64,000 nucleotides of DNA from Candidatus Bathyarchaeota archaeon. GTDB taxonomy: Archaea > Thermoproteota > Bathyarchaeia > 40CM-2-53-6 > RBG-13-38-9. The position numbers were made by a program, and so were the translations under genes. The stretch is taken from the NCBI GenBank assembly GCA_963807605.1, contig CAWECG010000003.1:1093265-1157264 (forward strand). Direction: 5' to 3'. Numbering within the stretch: the stretch's first letter is position 1; each line of letters opens with the position of its first letter. Below are positions 11,471 to 21,428 of this stretch, piece after piece. The notes below the pieces were generated by a model, which was not told where the DNA came from, made no database searches, and saw nothing but the letters and a program-made list of their open reading frames with translations.

Positions 11471-12679
11471 TTGGAAAGCTTCGATGCCATTATCATTGGG
11501 GCTGGACCAGCCGGAGCGACGGCTGCGAGGGAGTGCAGCAGACAAGGTCTGAGGGCCGTCCTCATCGAGAAGGAAAAGCTGCCGAGACCAAAACTGTGTG
11601 GCGGTGGCATTACTCTGAAGGCCATGAACCTAGTTGGTGAAAGGATTCCTGAACACGTCATTGAGAGTGATGTCATGGGATTCCGTATCTATTCTCATTC
11701 TATGGATTCTGTTGAATTTGTTTCAAGAGATCCGATTTTGATTTCTACTTCTCGCGACAAGTTTGACGAGTTTTTGACCGAATTGGCTGTGCGTGAGGGT
11801 TGCGAGTTGATCGAATCGGATAGAGTCGTCGATATTTCAGTTCTGAGTGACGAGGTCATATGTAGACTGCAGAGTGGACGACTTGTCAGAGCAAATTTGG
11901 TAATTGGAGCGGACGGTGTCAACAGCACAACTGCCTGGGAAACTGGAATTCGCAGACACTGGAGAAAAGAGGAAGTAGCCCTGTGTCTGGAGACGACAAT
12001 TCCGCTGAACCGGACAGATATGAAGAATATTGATCCGGAGGTCTTTGAACTATACTTCGATGACAACCTCTTTGGATACAAATGGCTAATTCCGAAGAGG
12101 TCTGCGATCTCTGTTGGCGTAGGCGGCCTCCTAGCTCTCTTACATAAACCTCAGGATATCCTAGAGGATTTTTCCCAGACATTATCGAAGCTTAAAAAGA
12201 TCGACATTAGAATATCACATTTTGGAGGGCATCTCGTTCCTGCAGTTGGTTTTGTACGTGAAGTAGTCTCAGATCGCGTAATTCTCGTTGGAGATGCTGC
12301 CGGGTGTGTCGACCCCCTAATGGGAGAGGGGATCTATTATGCCATGAAAAGTGGCATTTTGGCAGCAGCCGCCTGCAGAAAGGCAATAGATGAGAGAAAC
12401 ACGGGCTCCTCCTTCCTAAGAAAAAATTATGAAAAAGAGTGCATGAGAGAATTCGGAAAGGACTTGAAGGTTGCGCTAGACCTGAGATACAGAGTCTGCA
12501 ACGACTTCGACACTTTCTTCGGACTAATAGAGACTCACTCAGCCTCAATGCTGGCTGATGTAACTTGTGGAAAGATTAACTACCAAGCTCTACGGAGAAA
12601 AGTATTCTTGTTGCTAGCCGCTAGATTTGTCGAGAGTAAAGTAAAAGGTGTGCTTCAAAGAAGGCCAGATCTTAGATAG
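11471..12679 (+). CDS. Geranylgeranyl reductase family FAD oxidoreductase
   Basis: GAGPAG, KLCGGG, GADG, GDAAG..P..GEGIYYA. Confidence 0.88.
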   Translation: MESFDAIIIGAGPAGATAARECSRQGLRAVLIEKEKLPRPKLCGGGITLKAMNLVGERIPEHVIESDVMGFRIYSHSMDSVEFVSRDPILISTSRDKFDEFLTELAVREGCELIESDRVVDISVLSDEVICRLQSGRLVRANLVIGADGVNSTTAWETGIRRHWRKEEVALCLETTIPLNRTDMKNIDPEVFELYFDDNLFGYKWLIPKRSAISVGVGGLLALLHKPQDILEDFSQTLSKLKKIDIRISHFGGHLVPAVGFVREVVSDRVILVGDAAGCVDPLMGEGIYYAMKSGILAAAACRKAIDERNTGSSFLRKNYEKECMREFGKDLKVALDLRYRVCNDFDTFFGLIETHSASMLADVTCGKINYQALRRKVFLLLAARFVESKVKGVLQRRPDLR

Positions 12680-12695
12680 GCCCTAGGCGTGCGTT

Positions 12696-13607
12696 CTAAC
12701 CCAGGCTCTGTGATATTACCGATTGAATTGAGGAAGCTGCTTCCAAGAGCTGTCTCTTCTCATCAGCGTTCAATTCCAGTTCTATTATTTTTTCAACACC
12801 CTTCTTTCCCAGTATTACAGGTAGGCCGATTGCAACATCCTTGAGGCCGTATTCTCCATTTGGAACAACGCAGGCACTAGTTACTCTATTTCTGCCATTG
12901 AGTACGGCATCAGCCATAACAGCAACTACAGATGCAGGGGCATGAACAGTGGCACCCTTTAGTTTGATCACTTCCATTGCACATGACCTTGTCGTCTCTA
13001 CGACTCTTTTGATACTCTCAGAGCTAAGCAACCTTCCTATCGGAATTCCGGATACGGTGGTGTAGTCGACTAGCGGAATCATGAGATCGCCATGCTCTCC
13101 GATGACTAAGCCTTGGATGTCTTGCTTCGATACGTTGAATTCAAGTGCTACGTATGAACGATATCTTGAAGCATCAAGCATTCCACTCATGCCAAAGACT
13201 CTGTTGCGCTCTAAGCCCGACTTCTTGTAAGCTAGATATGTCATAGCATCTACTGGGTTCGTTACCAGCATTATCTTACATTCCGGGGCATATCGAACAA
13301 TTTCTTCAACTACCGAAGAAACTATGTTAGCATTATTCTGCGCTAGGTCACGTCTTGAAGTATTGGGTTTTCGAGGATATCCAGCAGTCACGACGACTAG
13401 TTCGGAGCCAGCGACATCTGCGAAATCTGAGCTACCTTTGATCTTCCTGTCAAACCCAAGAGAAGGAGACGCCTGCCTCATGTCAAGCGCCTCGCCTTCG
13501 GCGAGGCCTTTCTGAACGTCAATCAAAGTTATGTCTGAGATATTCATGTGAAGGATACTTAACGCACAAGCGCTACCGATTCTTCCCGCGCCAATAATCG
13601 ATATCAA
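12696..13607 (-). CDS. mdh: LDH-like malate dehydrogenase
   Basis: IIGAGRIG, TAGYPRKPNTSRRDL, TNPVD, LDASR, GEHGD. Confidence 0.9.
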   Translation of the reverse strand: MISIIGAGRIGSACALSILHMNISDITLIDVQKGLAEGEALDMRQASPSLGFDRKIKGSSDFADVAGSELVVVTAGYPRKPNTSRRDLAQNNANIVSSVVEEIVRYAPECKIMLVTNPVDAMTYLAYKKSGLERNRVFGMSGMLDASRYRSYVALEFNVSKQDIQGLVIGEHGDLMIPLVDYTTVSGIPIGRLLSSESIKRVVETTRSCAMEVIKLKGATVHAPASVVAVMADAVLNGRNRVTSACVVPNGEYGLKDVAIGLPVILGKKGVEKIIELELNADEKRQLLEAASSIQSVISQSLG

Positions 13608-13796
13608 TTGATGTCAACCGAAGCTAGAGTCGTTGCCCATTAGTGCCGAGACAGATATTGTGGGCATCGCTCACGTACTAATGTCTGTATTTATGCTTTT
13701 GTGGCGGCTGTAAGAGTGTGACATCGACCTCATTTCATTCGGAAACAACAGACATATTAGATCAACTTAACAACCAATTATTAGGAGCTGAATTGC

Positions 13797-14150
13797 GTGA
13801 TACGTAGCATCGGAAGTGTAGCTGTTCTCGTATCTGATGCCCAGAAATCCAAGAAATGGTATGTTGAGAAACTAGGCTTCACAGTTGAATCAGATGAGAA
13901 ACACTGGGTTACGGTTTGTCCAAGCGGTTCTTCCACAGTACTACATCTGTGCGAGACGGACTCATTAGAACCCGGAAATTCGGGAATCACTCTACAGACA
14001 GATAATCTTGATGCCACGTACAAAGCTTTGAAGCAGAAGGGAGTTGAATTCGCAAGGGAGCTAGCTCCCTCTGAATGGGACGCGAATATGAAGTATGCAA
14101 TGCTCAAAGATCCTGACGGGAACGAATTCTGGCTAGTGGCCAGTGATTAA
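13797..14150 (+). CDS. VOC/glyoxalase family protein
   Basis: WYVEKLGF...KDPDGNEF. Confidence 0.88.
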   Translation: MIRSIGSVAVLVSDAQKSKKWYVEKLGFTVESDEKHWVTVCPSGSSTVLHLCETDSLEPGNSGITLQTDNLDATYKALKQKGVEFARELAPSEWDANMKYAMLKDPDGNEFWLVASD

Positions 14151-14246
14151 TGGATATCGTAGCACGCGTCTGCAACCCCATATTCTAGACCGCGCGCTAA
14201 CGAGGTCAATATGGAACACTTTTTTCTGAAAGGATTTGTTTTACTG

Positions 14247-14663
14247 CTATTCGCCTAATACTTCCACGACTATTCTCCGGTTTCTGGGTCCGTCAAGTTC
14301 GAGAAGGAAGATGTTCTGCCAAGTCCCCCTCAACAGCCTACCATCTTTGATAGGCAGGGTTCTTGAAGGGCCTATGAACGTTGAAGCTAAATGTGCATCA
14401 GCATTGTTGTCTATCCTATCATGGCTCCAGCCAGCGTTTTTTGGAAACTCTTGGTCGATCTTGCGGAGAATGTCATTCATTAATCCTCTCTCGTTCTCGT
14501 TTACTATTACAGCCGTCGTAGAGTGTAGGCTCGATACCAAACAAATTCCATTCTTGATGTCACTATCGTTCACGAATCCTTCGACCTTGTCCGTTATGTC
14601 AATAAGTTCGGTTCTGTTACTTGTGGAGATATTCATCTCTTCAAAAAGAAACTTCAATCTCAC
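14247..14663 (-). CDS. yjbQ: YjbQ/UPF0047 protein
   Basis: HSTTAVIVNENE, NADAHL, GTWQNIFLLELDGPR. Confidence 0.9.
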   Translation of the reverse strand: MRLKFLFEEMNISTSNRTELIDITDKVEGFVNDSDIKNGICLVSSLHSTTAVIVNENERGLMNDILRKIDQEFPKNAGWSHDRIDNNADAHLASTFIGPSRTLPIKDGRLLRGTWQNIFLLELDGPRNRRIVVEVLGE

Positions 14664-14718
14664 ACCTTGAGATTGTGTATATCATTGCACTGGTTGCATT
14701 ACCAATGCTGATAATGTA

Positions 14719-14979
14719 CTATTTCGCTGAGTGGTCTTCTGTCCGAGCGCGCGCTATCTCACTTGTATTCTTGACAAACGGATCGTGTTCATGGGCGACT
14801 CGAAGGGCCTCTATGAGAGAAGGGTCTGTAACAACTATGAAGTGCCAAAGTTGCTTGTTTGCGGCCGAGGGCGACAGTCTCCCAGCCTCAAGGATACGCT
14901 CAAGCTTTCCCTTCTCCACGGGTCTTGATTTGTATCTTCTTATACTTCTCCTTACGCGTATCGCCTCGAATACATCCAT
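14719..14979 (-). pseudogene. Truncated nitroreductase family gene (N-terminal half only)
   Basis: MDVFEAIRVRRSIRRY...SPSAANKQLWHFIVVTD, then stops after 86 aa. Confidence 0.65.
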
Positions 14980-15124
14980 TTTGAACTCCTCTTTGCAAAC
15001 TAATCTCTGGCCCAAATACTTTAGGATTCCAGTGTCAGCTTGATCTTCTTCTAAAGATGCGTCGAAGACGCAGACGTTCAGTTGAAAAAAAGTCTTGAGC
15101 TGGTTTGAAATCATCGGTGAGAAG

Positions 15125-16237
15125 CTAGCTAGCTAGGTCGTCGAGTCTTTTTCTGCGAATGCCCTCTTTGATCTCAAGAGCCATCCTCCTCCCCGTTGAC
15201 ATAGGTTTGGAGAACAGATAACAAGAGTATGGTGAACCTTCAGGGTAGAGATTTGTACCCGCAACGATCCTCGCTGACACCTCAAAAGTTACGAATTCCT
15301 GTTCATCAGTGCATATCGTCTCCAGGCAGAACGGCCCGGTTATTCCTGGTGGAAAGAGTCTAACGGATGCATTTGTGATTCGCCTGCCAAGATCTAGTAC
15401 CTTGGGAAGGAGCGATTCTCTGAGGACTATGGGCATATTGCCCGTAACGACATATGATGGTTCGATAGGCTTTCTTCCGCCAAGCTCAGGGATTCTGTAG
15501 AGGTCGTCCACATTGGTTTCCACTCTCCTGTCGATTCCCAAGAGCTCGATTCTGCCCTCTCCAGCCTTTACCTCTCCATCAAACATCAATGAATAGAAAT
15601 AATGAGGGTAGTAGCGTACCCCAATGACAAGCTCTTGTATTGTCAGTTCCTTCACGTCTGATTCCGTCATGATTCCTCTTTTGACGCGGTTCTTGATCTG
15701 TTTCTCGTATTCTTTTTCCGAATCGACTACGAAGAAGCCACGTCCTCCCCTGGCGCCGTGAAACTTGACAATACAAGGCCGATCGATCTCGGATGGTTTC
15801 GAATACTCCTCAGGGACCTTGATTCCTGCTTCTTTGAGCCAAGATCTCATCTTGCGCCTATCACCCTCAAATTCCAGCGCTCTTCTGTTGCCGAAGATGG
15901 GAACACGGAATTCTCTCCTGAGGTTCTCTGGTCCAACATATTCGACGAACGAACCGTGAGGGATGATAATCACATTCTTGCGCAGCAATTCATCTTGGAA
16001 TCCTTGGCAAATCAGATCGCGGTAGTTATCAACTATCATGTACTCATCTGGCTTGCCAAACTGAAAAGCTTCATAAACGAACCGCCGATCCGGGGTGCAA
16101 ATCCCTACGGTTTTGAACCCTTCTTGCCGTGCTCCATAAAAGATCTGTAATGCAGAATGGGAACAAATGGTCCCTATTCTGATTCTTGCAGGATCATAGC
16201 TCCTAAGATTTCCAAGAATCTCCTCTTTCTTAATCAT
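15125..16237 (-). CDS. purP: PurP, formate-AICAR ligase (ATP-grasp)
   Basis: CSHSALQIF, PHGSFVEY, GPFCLET, FEVSARIVAGTN. Confidence 0.9.
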   Translation of the reverse strand: MIKKEEILGNLRSYDPARIRIGTICSHSALQIFYGARQEGFKTVGICTPDRRFVYEAFQFGKPDEYMIVDNYRDLICQGFQDELLRKNVIIIPHGSFVEYVGPENLRREFRVPIFGNRRALEFEGDRRKMRSWLKEAGIKVPEEYSKPSEIDRPCIVKFHGARGGRGFFVVDSEKEYEKQIKNRVKRGIMTESDVKELTIQELVIGVRYYPHYFYSLMFDGEVKAGEGRIELLGIDRRVETNVDDLYRIPELGGRKPIEPSYVVTGNMPIVLRESLLPKVLDLGRRITNASVRLFPPGITGPFCLETICTDEQEFVTFEVSARIVAGTNLYPEGSPYSCYLFSKPMSTGRRMALEIKEGIRRKRLDDLAS

Positions 16238-17331
16238 GTCACAACTTCACTCAATCTACCTTGATGTTTGGCTCTCGTAATTTCTAACGCTATCCTCCTT
16301 CCCGTACTCATGGGTTCTCCAAAGTACCATCTTGAATATGGGCTGGTTGTTGATATTATCGGCGAACCTGGTACGCGAGGGCTAACATCGAAGATGCAGA
16401 TATCAAGTTCTTTTGTGACGGCTCCTTGAAGCGCGAAAGGACCTATGATCCCCGGTGGATATTCACGCTTGCAAGTCTCAACAAACCTTTCGCCGATCTC
16501 GTACACCCTTTCAAGAATTGACTCTCTAACTGTAGCCCCCTCATGTCCAACCTCAATATTCTGGATTACTGAGTCTAATTCCAATTGATCTCTGGCAGGC
16601 AACGAGAGTATCCCGTCCAAGTCAGTCTGGATCCTTCTGTCAACACCTAAGAACTCCACTTGGTCCTCAAGTGGGGACCAGAAATAGTTGAAGTTGAATT
16701 TCGCACCCATGATGAACTCCTCGATAGTTGCTTTCTCCAGCTCTGTTCTTGAGATTATCCCTTTTCCTATTCTGGTCTCTGCCTTTGTGCGGAAATCCTC
16801 AGGGCTGTTTGCGTAGAAGAAAGCTCTCTCCATCTTCCTCTTAGCCTCAGGAACCTTGACAATAACCAAACGATCGATCTCGTTTGGAGAATTGAATTTA
16901 ATCGGGAATTTTATTCCAGCCTTCTCAAGAAGATACATCTGATTACGAGGTGAGTCCCTTTCCTCTGATCTCAACATCGTCCTGTTTCCGAAGATGGGGA
17001 TCAAAAACCGGTTCTCTATGTTATCATATCCCACATAAGTGGAGAAGGATCGGTTTGCCGTGAAGATTACATTGAGTCTTCTCAGCTCTTCCTGAACATC
17101 CTCTTTGATCATATCAGCGAATGTGTTAAGAATTATGACTTTACTGATTATGCGCTTATACTTCAGATAGGTCTTCTCCCGTCCTCTCTGACAAATTACA
17201 ACAGTATCTACCCCCTCCTCCTTTGCACCATCGCATATGTCCAATGCAGAATGACTTCCAATGGTTCCCAACTTCAGATTTTCAATATCATATCTTTCAA
17301 GAACCTTGACTATCTCCTCTCTATTTAGCAA
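16234..17331 (-). CDS. PurP-like paralog (DUF1246/DUF1297)
   Basis: GSHSALDI, NRSFSTY, GPFALQ, DVSPRVPGSP; stop overlaps start of purP. Confidence 0.88.
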   Translation of the reverse strand: MLNREEIVKVLERYDIENLKLGTIGSHSALDICDGAKEEGVDTVVICQRGREKTYLKYKRIISKVIILNTFADMIKEDVQEELRRLNVIFTANRSFSTYVGYDNIENRFLIPIFGNRTMLRSEERDSPRNQMYLLEKAGIKFPIKFNSPNEIDRLVIVKVPEAKRKMERAFFYANSPEDFRTKAETRIGKGIISRTELEKATIEEFIMGAKFNFNYFWSPLEDQVEFLGVDRRIQTDLDGILSLPARDQLELDSVIQNIEVGHEGATVRESILERVYEIGERFVETCKREYPPGIIGPFALQGAVTKELDICIFDVSPRVPGSPIISTTSPYSRWYFGEPMSTGRRIALEITRAKHQGRLSEVVT

Positions 17332-17564
17332 AACCCTCTCTCCCCAATCAAGTTGAAAATTACCCTGCAGTGATTCTTGGAATCACCTTCTATGGATTGA
17401 CTAACAGTGAGTATATGAGATTTGGTGGAGGTAAAGGAGCGAACTAAGTATCATCTGACTAACCAACATTGACAGAACGGCTACTTGTAGCGGCTGCTAT
17501 CCTTTGGACGATATCCATAGATTGTGCCGCTTGTCACAAAAATAAAGATGGAAAACGCGCGCCG

Positions 17565-18590
17565 TCAAGGCATGACTACGGCTCTTATGGCTTCTCCTCT
17601 TCTTACCAACTCTAGGCCATCATTTACTCTGTCCAGAGGGAGCCTGTGGCTGATCAAGGGTTCCAACTTGAACTTTCCATCTCTAACGAGGTTAACGACC
17701 TCAATAGTTTCGTACTTGGAACTGGCACGCGAACCGACGATTTGGAGCTCCCCCCTAACGAGTCTCCTTGGGACCAAGGTGAGATTGTCTTCTGAGTATC
17801 CAATGAAGACCAGCTTTGCTCCTCTCGCCAGTATACTAAGAGCGTCGTTCATTGTCTTAGTTCTGCCGACAAATTCATAGACGATGTCAACGCCCCGTGC
17901 ACCGACGAGTCTCTTAACCTCTGTTGGCAAGTCCTTCTCTTTTGAATTGACTGTGTAATCTGCTCCCAAGGACTTTGCTACCTTCAACTTATCCTCTTGA
18001 ACATCTATCGCGATGACCGTGGCGCCACTAAGCTTCGCCATCTGAAGTGTGCACAGTCCGACGCCTCCAGACCCGATTATAGCAACTGTATCACCAAGTC
18101 TCACTTTCCCGACCTCTCTTACCGCATGGTAGGCCGTTGAGCCAGCATCAACGAGTATGCCCGCCTCGTACGGCACCTCGTCAGGCAGCTTGACTATGCT
18201 TCTGGATGGAGCTTTAGCGTATTCTGCATAACCACCATCTACAGTAAAACCAAACTGTTTGAACTGTGAGCTGACGCATAGATTCTCTCGCCCCCGCTGG
18301 CAGTAGTAGCACTCGCCGCAACTGAAGTAAAAGTGAATGAGTACCCTATCTCCTACCCTGAATTCTTTGACATCTCTGCCGACCTCGGCCACTTCTCCAG
18401 CAGCCTCATGACCCATAATCTGAGGAATCTTCCCGGGCTTGTACAATCCCTCATCGACGAAATGGAGGTCGGTATGGCATATTCCACAGGCATTTATTCT
18501 GACCAGAACTTCTTTTGGTGATATCGTTGGCTTTTCAACATCCTCTATCCGAAGGGGTTGACCAACCTCATAAAATCTAGCAGCCTTCAA
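17565..18590 (-). CDS. Zn-binding alcohol dehydrogenase family protein
   Basis: CGICHTD, GHE, CGECYYC...C, GSGGVG; likely TTG start at 18590. Confidence 0.88.
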   Translation of the reverse strand: MKAARFYEVGQPLRIEDVEKPTISPKEVLVRINACGICHTDLHFVDEGLYKPGKIPQIMGHEAAGEVAEVGRDVKEFRVGDRVLIHFYFSCGECYYCQRGRENLCVSSQFKQFGFTVDGGYAEYAKAPSRSIVKLPDEVPYEAGILVDAGSTAYHAVREVGKVRLGDTVAIIGSGGVGLCTLQMAKLSGATVIAIDVQEDKLKVAKSLGADYTVNSKEKDLPTEVKRLVGARGVDIVYEFVGRTKTMNDALSILARGAKLVFIGYSEDNLTLVPRRLVRGELQIVGSRASSKYETIEVVNLVRDGKFKLEPLISHRLPLDRVNDGLELVRRGEAIRAVVMP

Positions 18591-18821
18591 ATCACATCGC
18601 GGGTTGAGATACCCGCCTCGAAAAATAAAAGTATCTGTCGAATCCTGCACCACGCTTGGAAATGTTCTTTAATGGGGTTCCACGTGCTACTCTTGTTCGT
18701 GTAGGATAGCCGTCTGCGATCTATGGAAGTCTATCCAGTGGCGTGCAGTCAACTTGATCCGCAGCGTAGTTTGGCAGCTAAAGAGCTTTGCATAGCGCGC
18801 GTTCAAAGGACGAGATGAACT

Positions 18822-19394
18822 TTGACAGCGTTACCGAGAAGATTCTACGAAAGAGATCCCGAAGTGGTTGCTAGGGATTTGCTTGGAAAAAAATTGGTCA
18901 GGAGACTGTATGGGAAAAGCCTCGAAGGAATTCTGGTCGAGACAGAGGCCTATTATGGCTTAAAAGATCCCGCCTCGCGAGCATATAAGGGCATTAAAGT
19001 CTACAACAAACCGTTGTGGGGCGATGCGGGAAAGGCCTTCATCTACAACGTTCACAAGTACTGGATGCTAAACGCAGTTGCTCACCAAGCCGGAGAAATC
19101 GGTGCAGTTCTAATCAGAGCCCTGCAGCCAACCGAGGGCATAGAGATTATGAAGAGAAACAGAAAGGTAAAGAATATCATTGAACTCACAAGTGGACCGG
19201 GCAAGTTGACGGAGGCTCTTCAGATCGATAAGAAGTTGAATGAAGAGTGTCTTACCACTGACGAGGCTGAAGCGTTCATTGCACAGAACGAGATGAAATT
19301 CAAGATCGAGAATTCGCACAGAATTGGTGTCAAAAGAGATCTTAAGAACAAACTCAGGTTTTTTATAAAAGGAAATGAATTCGTTTCAAAGTGA
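18822..19394 (+). CDS. mpg: DNA-3-methyladenine glycosylase (MPG/AAG)
   Basis: VARDLLGK, ETEAY, AVLIRA, GPGKL, RIGV. Confidence 0.9.
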   Translation: MTALPRRFYERDPEVVARDLLGKKLVRRLYGKSLEGILVETEAYYGLKDPASRAYKGIKVYNKPLWGDAGKAFIYNVHKYWMLNAVAHQAGEIGAVLIRALQPTEGIEIMKRNRKVKNIIELTSGPGKLTEALQIDKKLNEECLTTDEAEAFIAQNEMKFKIENSHRIGVKRDLKNKLRFFIKGNEFVSK

Positions 19395-19556
19395 TGGAAC
19401 CCGCGCGATGCTCACACCCCTATTGTGCTCTCCATATTGCTTGGGGTGTACGCGTGCCAACCGGATCGATTTTGAAAACAAAATTCCTTTTGGAATAGCT
19501 ATGGCAAGAATTTATTAATGGTTCACATCAGGCATTAGGCAAACGGCGGGTCAATT

Positions 19557-20762
19557 GTGCCTGAGATAATCCTTGATGAACTGAAGCAGAAACCTCTGCA
19601 GGAGCAAAGGACGGAGATCTGCGAACGCAAAGGCCTAGGCCATCCTGACACGATATGTGATGCGATTATGGACGAGGTCTCCAAGGCCCTCAGCAAGGAG
19701 TACATAAAGAGATTCGGTTCTGTACTACACCACAACATCGACAAAGGCCTCTTGGTCGCTGGAGAGACTGAAGTGGCGTTCGGCGGAGGCAAGGTGCTAA
19801 AGCCTATGCTTCTAGTCTTTGGAGACAGGGCGACCTTCACTGTCGGGTCCGAGACTATTCCGGTGGAAGATATTACCATTAGGACCACTAAGGAATGGAT
19901 CAAACAGAATCTGAGGCTTGTGGATCCCGACAGGCACGTAAACTATCAGATTGAGTTGAAACGCGGTTCCCAAGCCTTGACAGACATCTTTGAGAGAAAA
20001 GACAAGTTTCTTGGTGCAAACGACACCTCAGCCGCTGTGGGTTTTGCTCCGCTCACGGCAACCGAGCAGATAGTTAGAGATACGGAGTTCTTTCTCAACG
20101 ACTCCTCCTTCAAGAGTGATTTTCCAGAAACTGGGGAGGACATCAAGGTAATGGGCCTGCGTAAGGATGGCGAACTCCACCTGACAGTGGGGATGGCCTT
20201 CGTCGATAGCTACATTGACAATGAAGCCGCATACTTCAGATTGAAAGATGAAGTTGTGGAAGAGATCCAGAAATATGTTAAATCCAGAGTTGAGATGGAG
20301 GTCTATATCGACCTTAACACCGCCGATAGGCTCGGGCGTGGTCTAGGCGGGATGTATCTCACTGTTCTGGGAACTTCCGCTGACGGTGGAGACTGCGGAC
20401 AAGTGGGTAGGGGAAACAGGGTTAACGGCATCATTCCTTTGAATAGGCCGACGTGTTCAGAGGCAGCTTGCGGCAAGAATCCTGTGAGCCACGTGGGGAA
20501 GATATACAATGTTCTTACGTACAGGATGGCTGAAGAGATCTATGGCAGTGTTTCAGGTCTGAAAGAGGTCTACGTATGGTTGCTAAGCCAAATCGGGCGG
20601 CCGATAAATGAACCAAAAATAGTCTCAGCTCAGCTAGTACTTGAACCCAATGCTTCAATGAAGGAGATCGTAGGTCCAGTCGAAGAGACTATTCAAGCCC
20701 AACTCGATAAGCTCGATGTCTTTTGTATGGAACTAGCGTACGGCAAGATGAAGTTGTGTTGA
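19557..20762 (+). CDS. mat: Archaeal-type S-adenosylmethionine synthetase
   Basis: ERKGLGHPD, ANDTS, GEDIKVMG, GRGNR, GKNPVSHVGKIYN. Confidence 0.93.
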   Translation: MPEIILDELKQKPLQEQRTEICERKGLGHPDTICDAIMDEVSKALSKEYIKRFGSVLHHNIDKGLLVAGETEVAFGGGKVLKPMLLVFGDRATFTVGSETIPVEDITIRTTKEWIKQNLRLVDPDRHVNYQIELKRGSQALTDIFERKDKFLGANDTSAAVGFAPLTATEQIVRDTEFFLNDSSFKSDFPETGEDIKVMGLRKDGELHLTVGMAFVDSYIDNEAAYFRLKDEVVEEIQKYVKSRVEMEVYIDLNTADRLGRGLGGMYLTVLGTSADGGDCGQVGRGNRVNGIIPLNRPTCSEAACGKNPVSHVGKIYNVLTYRMAEEIYGSVSGLKEVYVWLLSQIGRPINEPKIVSAQLVLEPNASMKEIVGPVEETIQAQLDKLDVFCMELAYGKMKLC

Positions 20763-20800
20763 GGTTGAACTGTTCGACTTTTCAAGAATCTTCGTACGAT

Positions 20801-21172
20801 CTATTCCTTCCGTATTTCGTCCAGGACAAGTTGGCAATTCCAATACTTTGAACAGTAAACCGTACAGTATTCCGGGTTTGGTCCACTGCAAGTGGTATAA
20901 TCCGTGTAGGCCTTCAAGTGATGACCTAGATTATGATTGTTGCTAGTGGGTAGGCCATCATTAGACTCAGCAGTCTTCCCACGCCAATCGCCGAGAATCG
21001 GTATACTCACAAACATCTGACACGCCGGGTGATTCTTGCTCACCTCAATCTCGATCTTCGGACAGAATCCACTTCTACATTTAGTGAAGGTCTCACACTC
21101 GCCGCACCGTTTCCCAAGATTGTTAGAAACTAGACTGGCAGATTGACTGAGCCTTAAGGACCTGTTTTCCGT
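20801..21172 (-). CDS. Small Cys/His-rich putative metal-binding protein (start uncertain)
   Basis: Frame stays open 43 codons upstream of GTG 21043 and adds CGEC-x5-C-x4-C. Confidence 0.4.
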   Translation of the reverse strand, partial: TENRSLRLSQSASLVSNNLGKRCGECETFTKCRSGFCPKIEIEVSKNHPACQMFVSIPILGDWRGKTAESNDGLPTSNNHNLGHHLKAYTDYTTCSGPNPEYCTVYCSKYWNCQLVLDEIRKE

Positions 21173-21428
21173 CTAGAACCCACTCCTCAGGTGGGGTGAG
21201 AGCCAAATATTCATTATAGAACTTCTTTAAAAGAAGATGTCAAGCAATCGCGACTATTTGGAAATATGTTGAGCCTTTCTTGAAATCAAATGAGCGCTGA
21301 TGAGCTTGATGCAATGTCGATATGGACAAACTTAGCAGGCAACTGTCATTCGTATCCTTCCAAAAAAACTTGAATTGTCTTGAAGGTATATTCTATCTGC
21401 AACAGTTGTTAAGTCAGTTCGGAGATGA

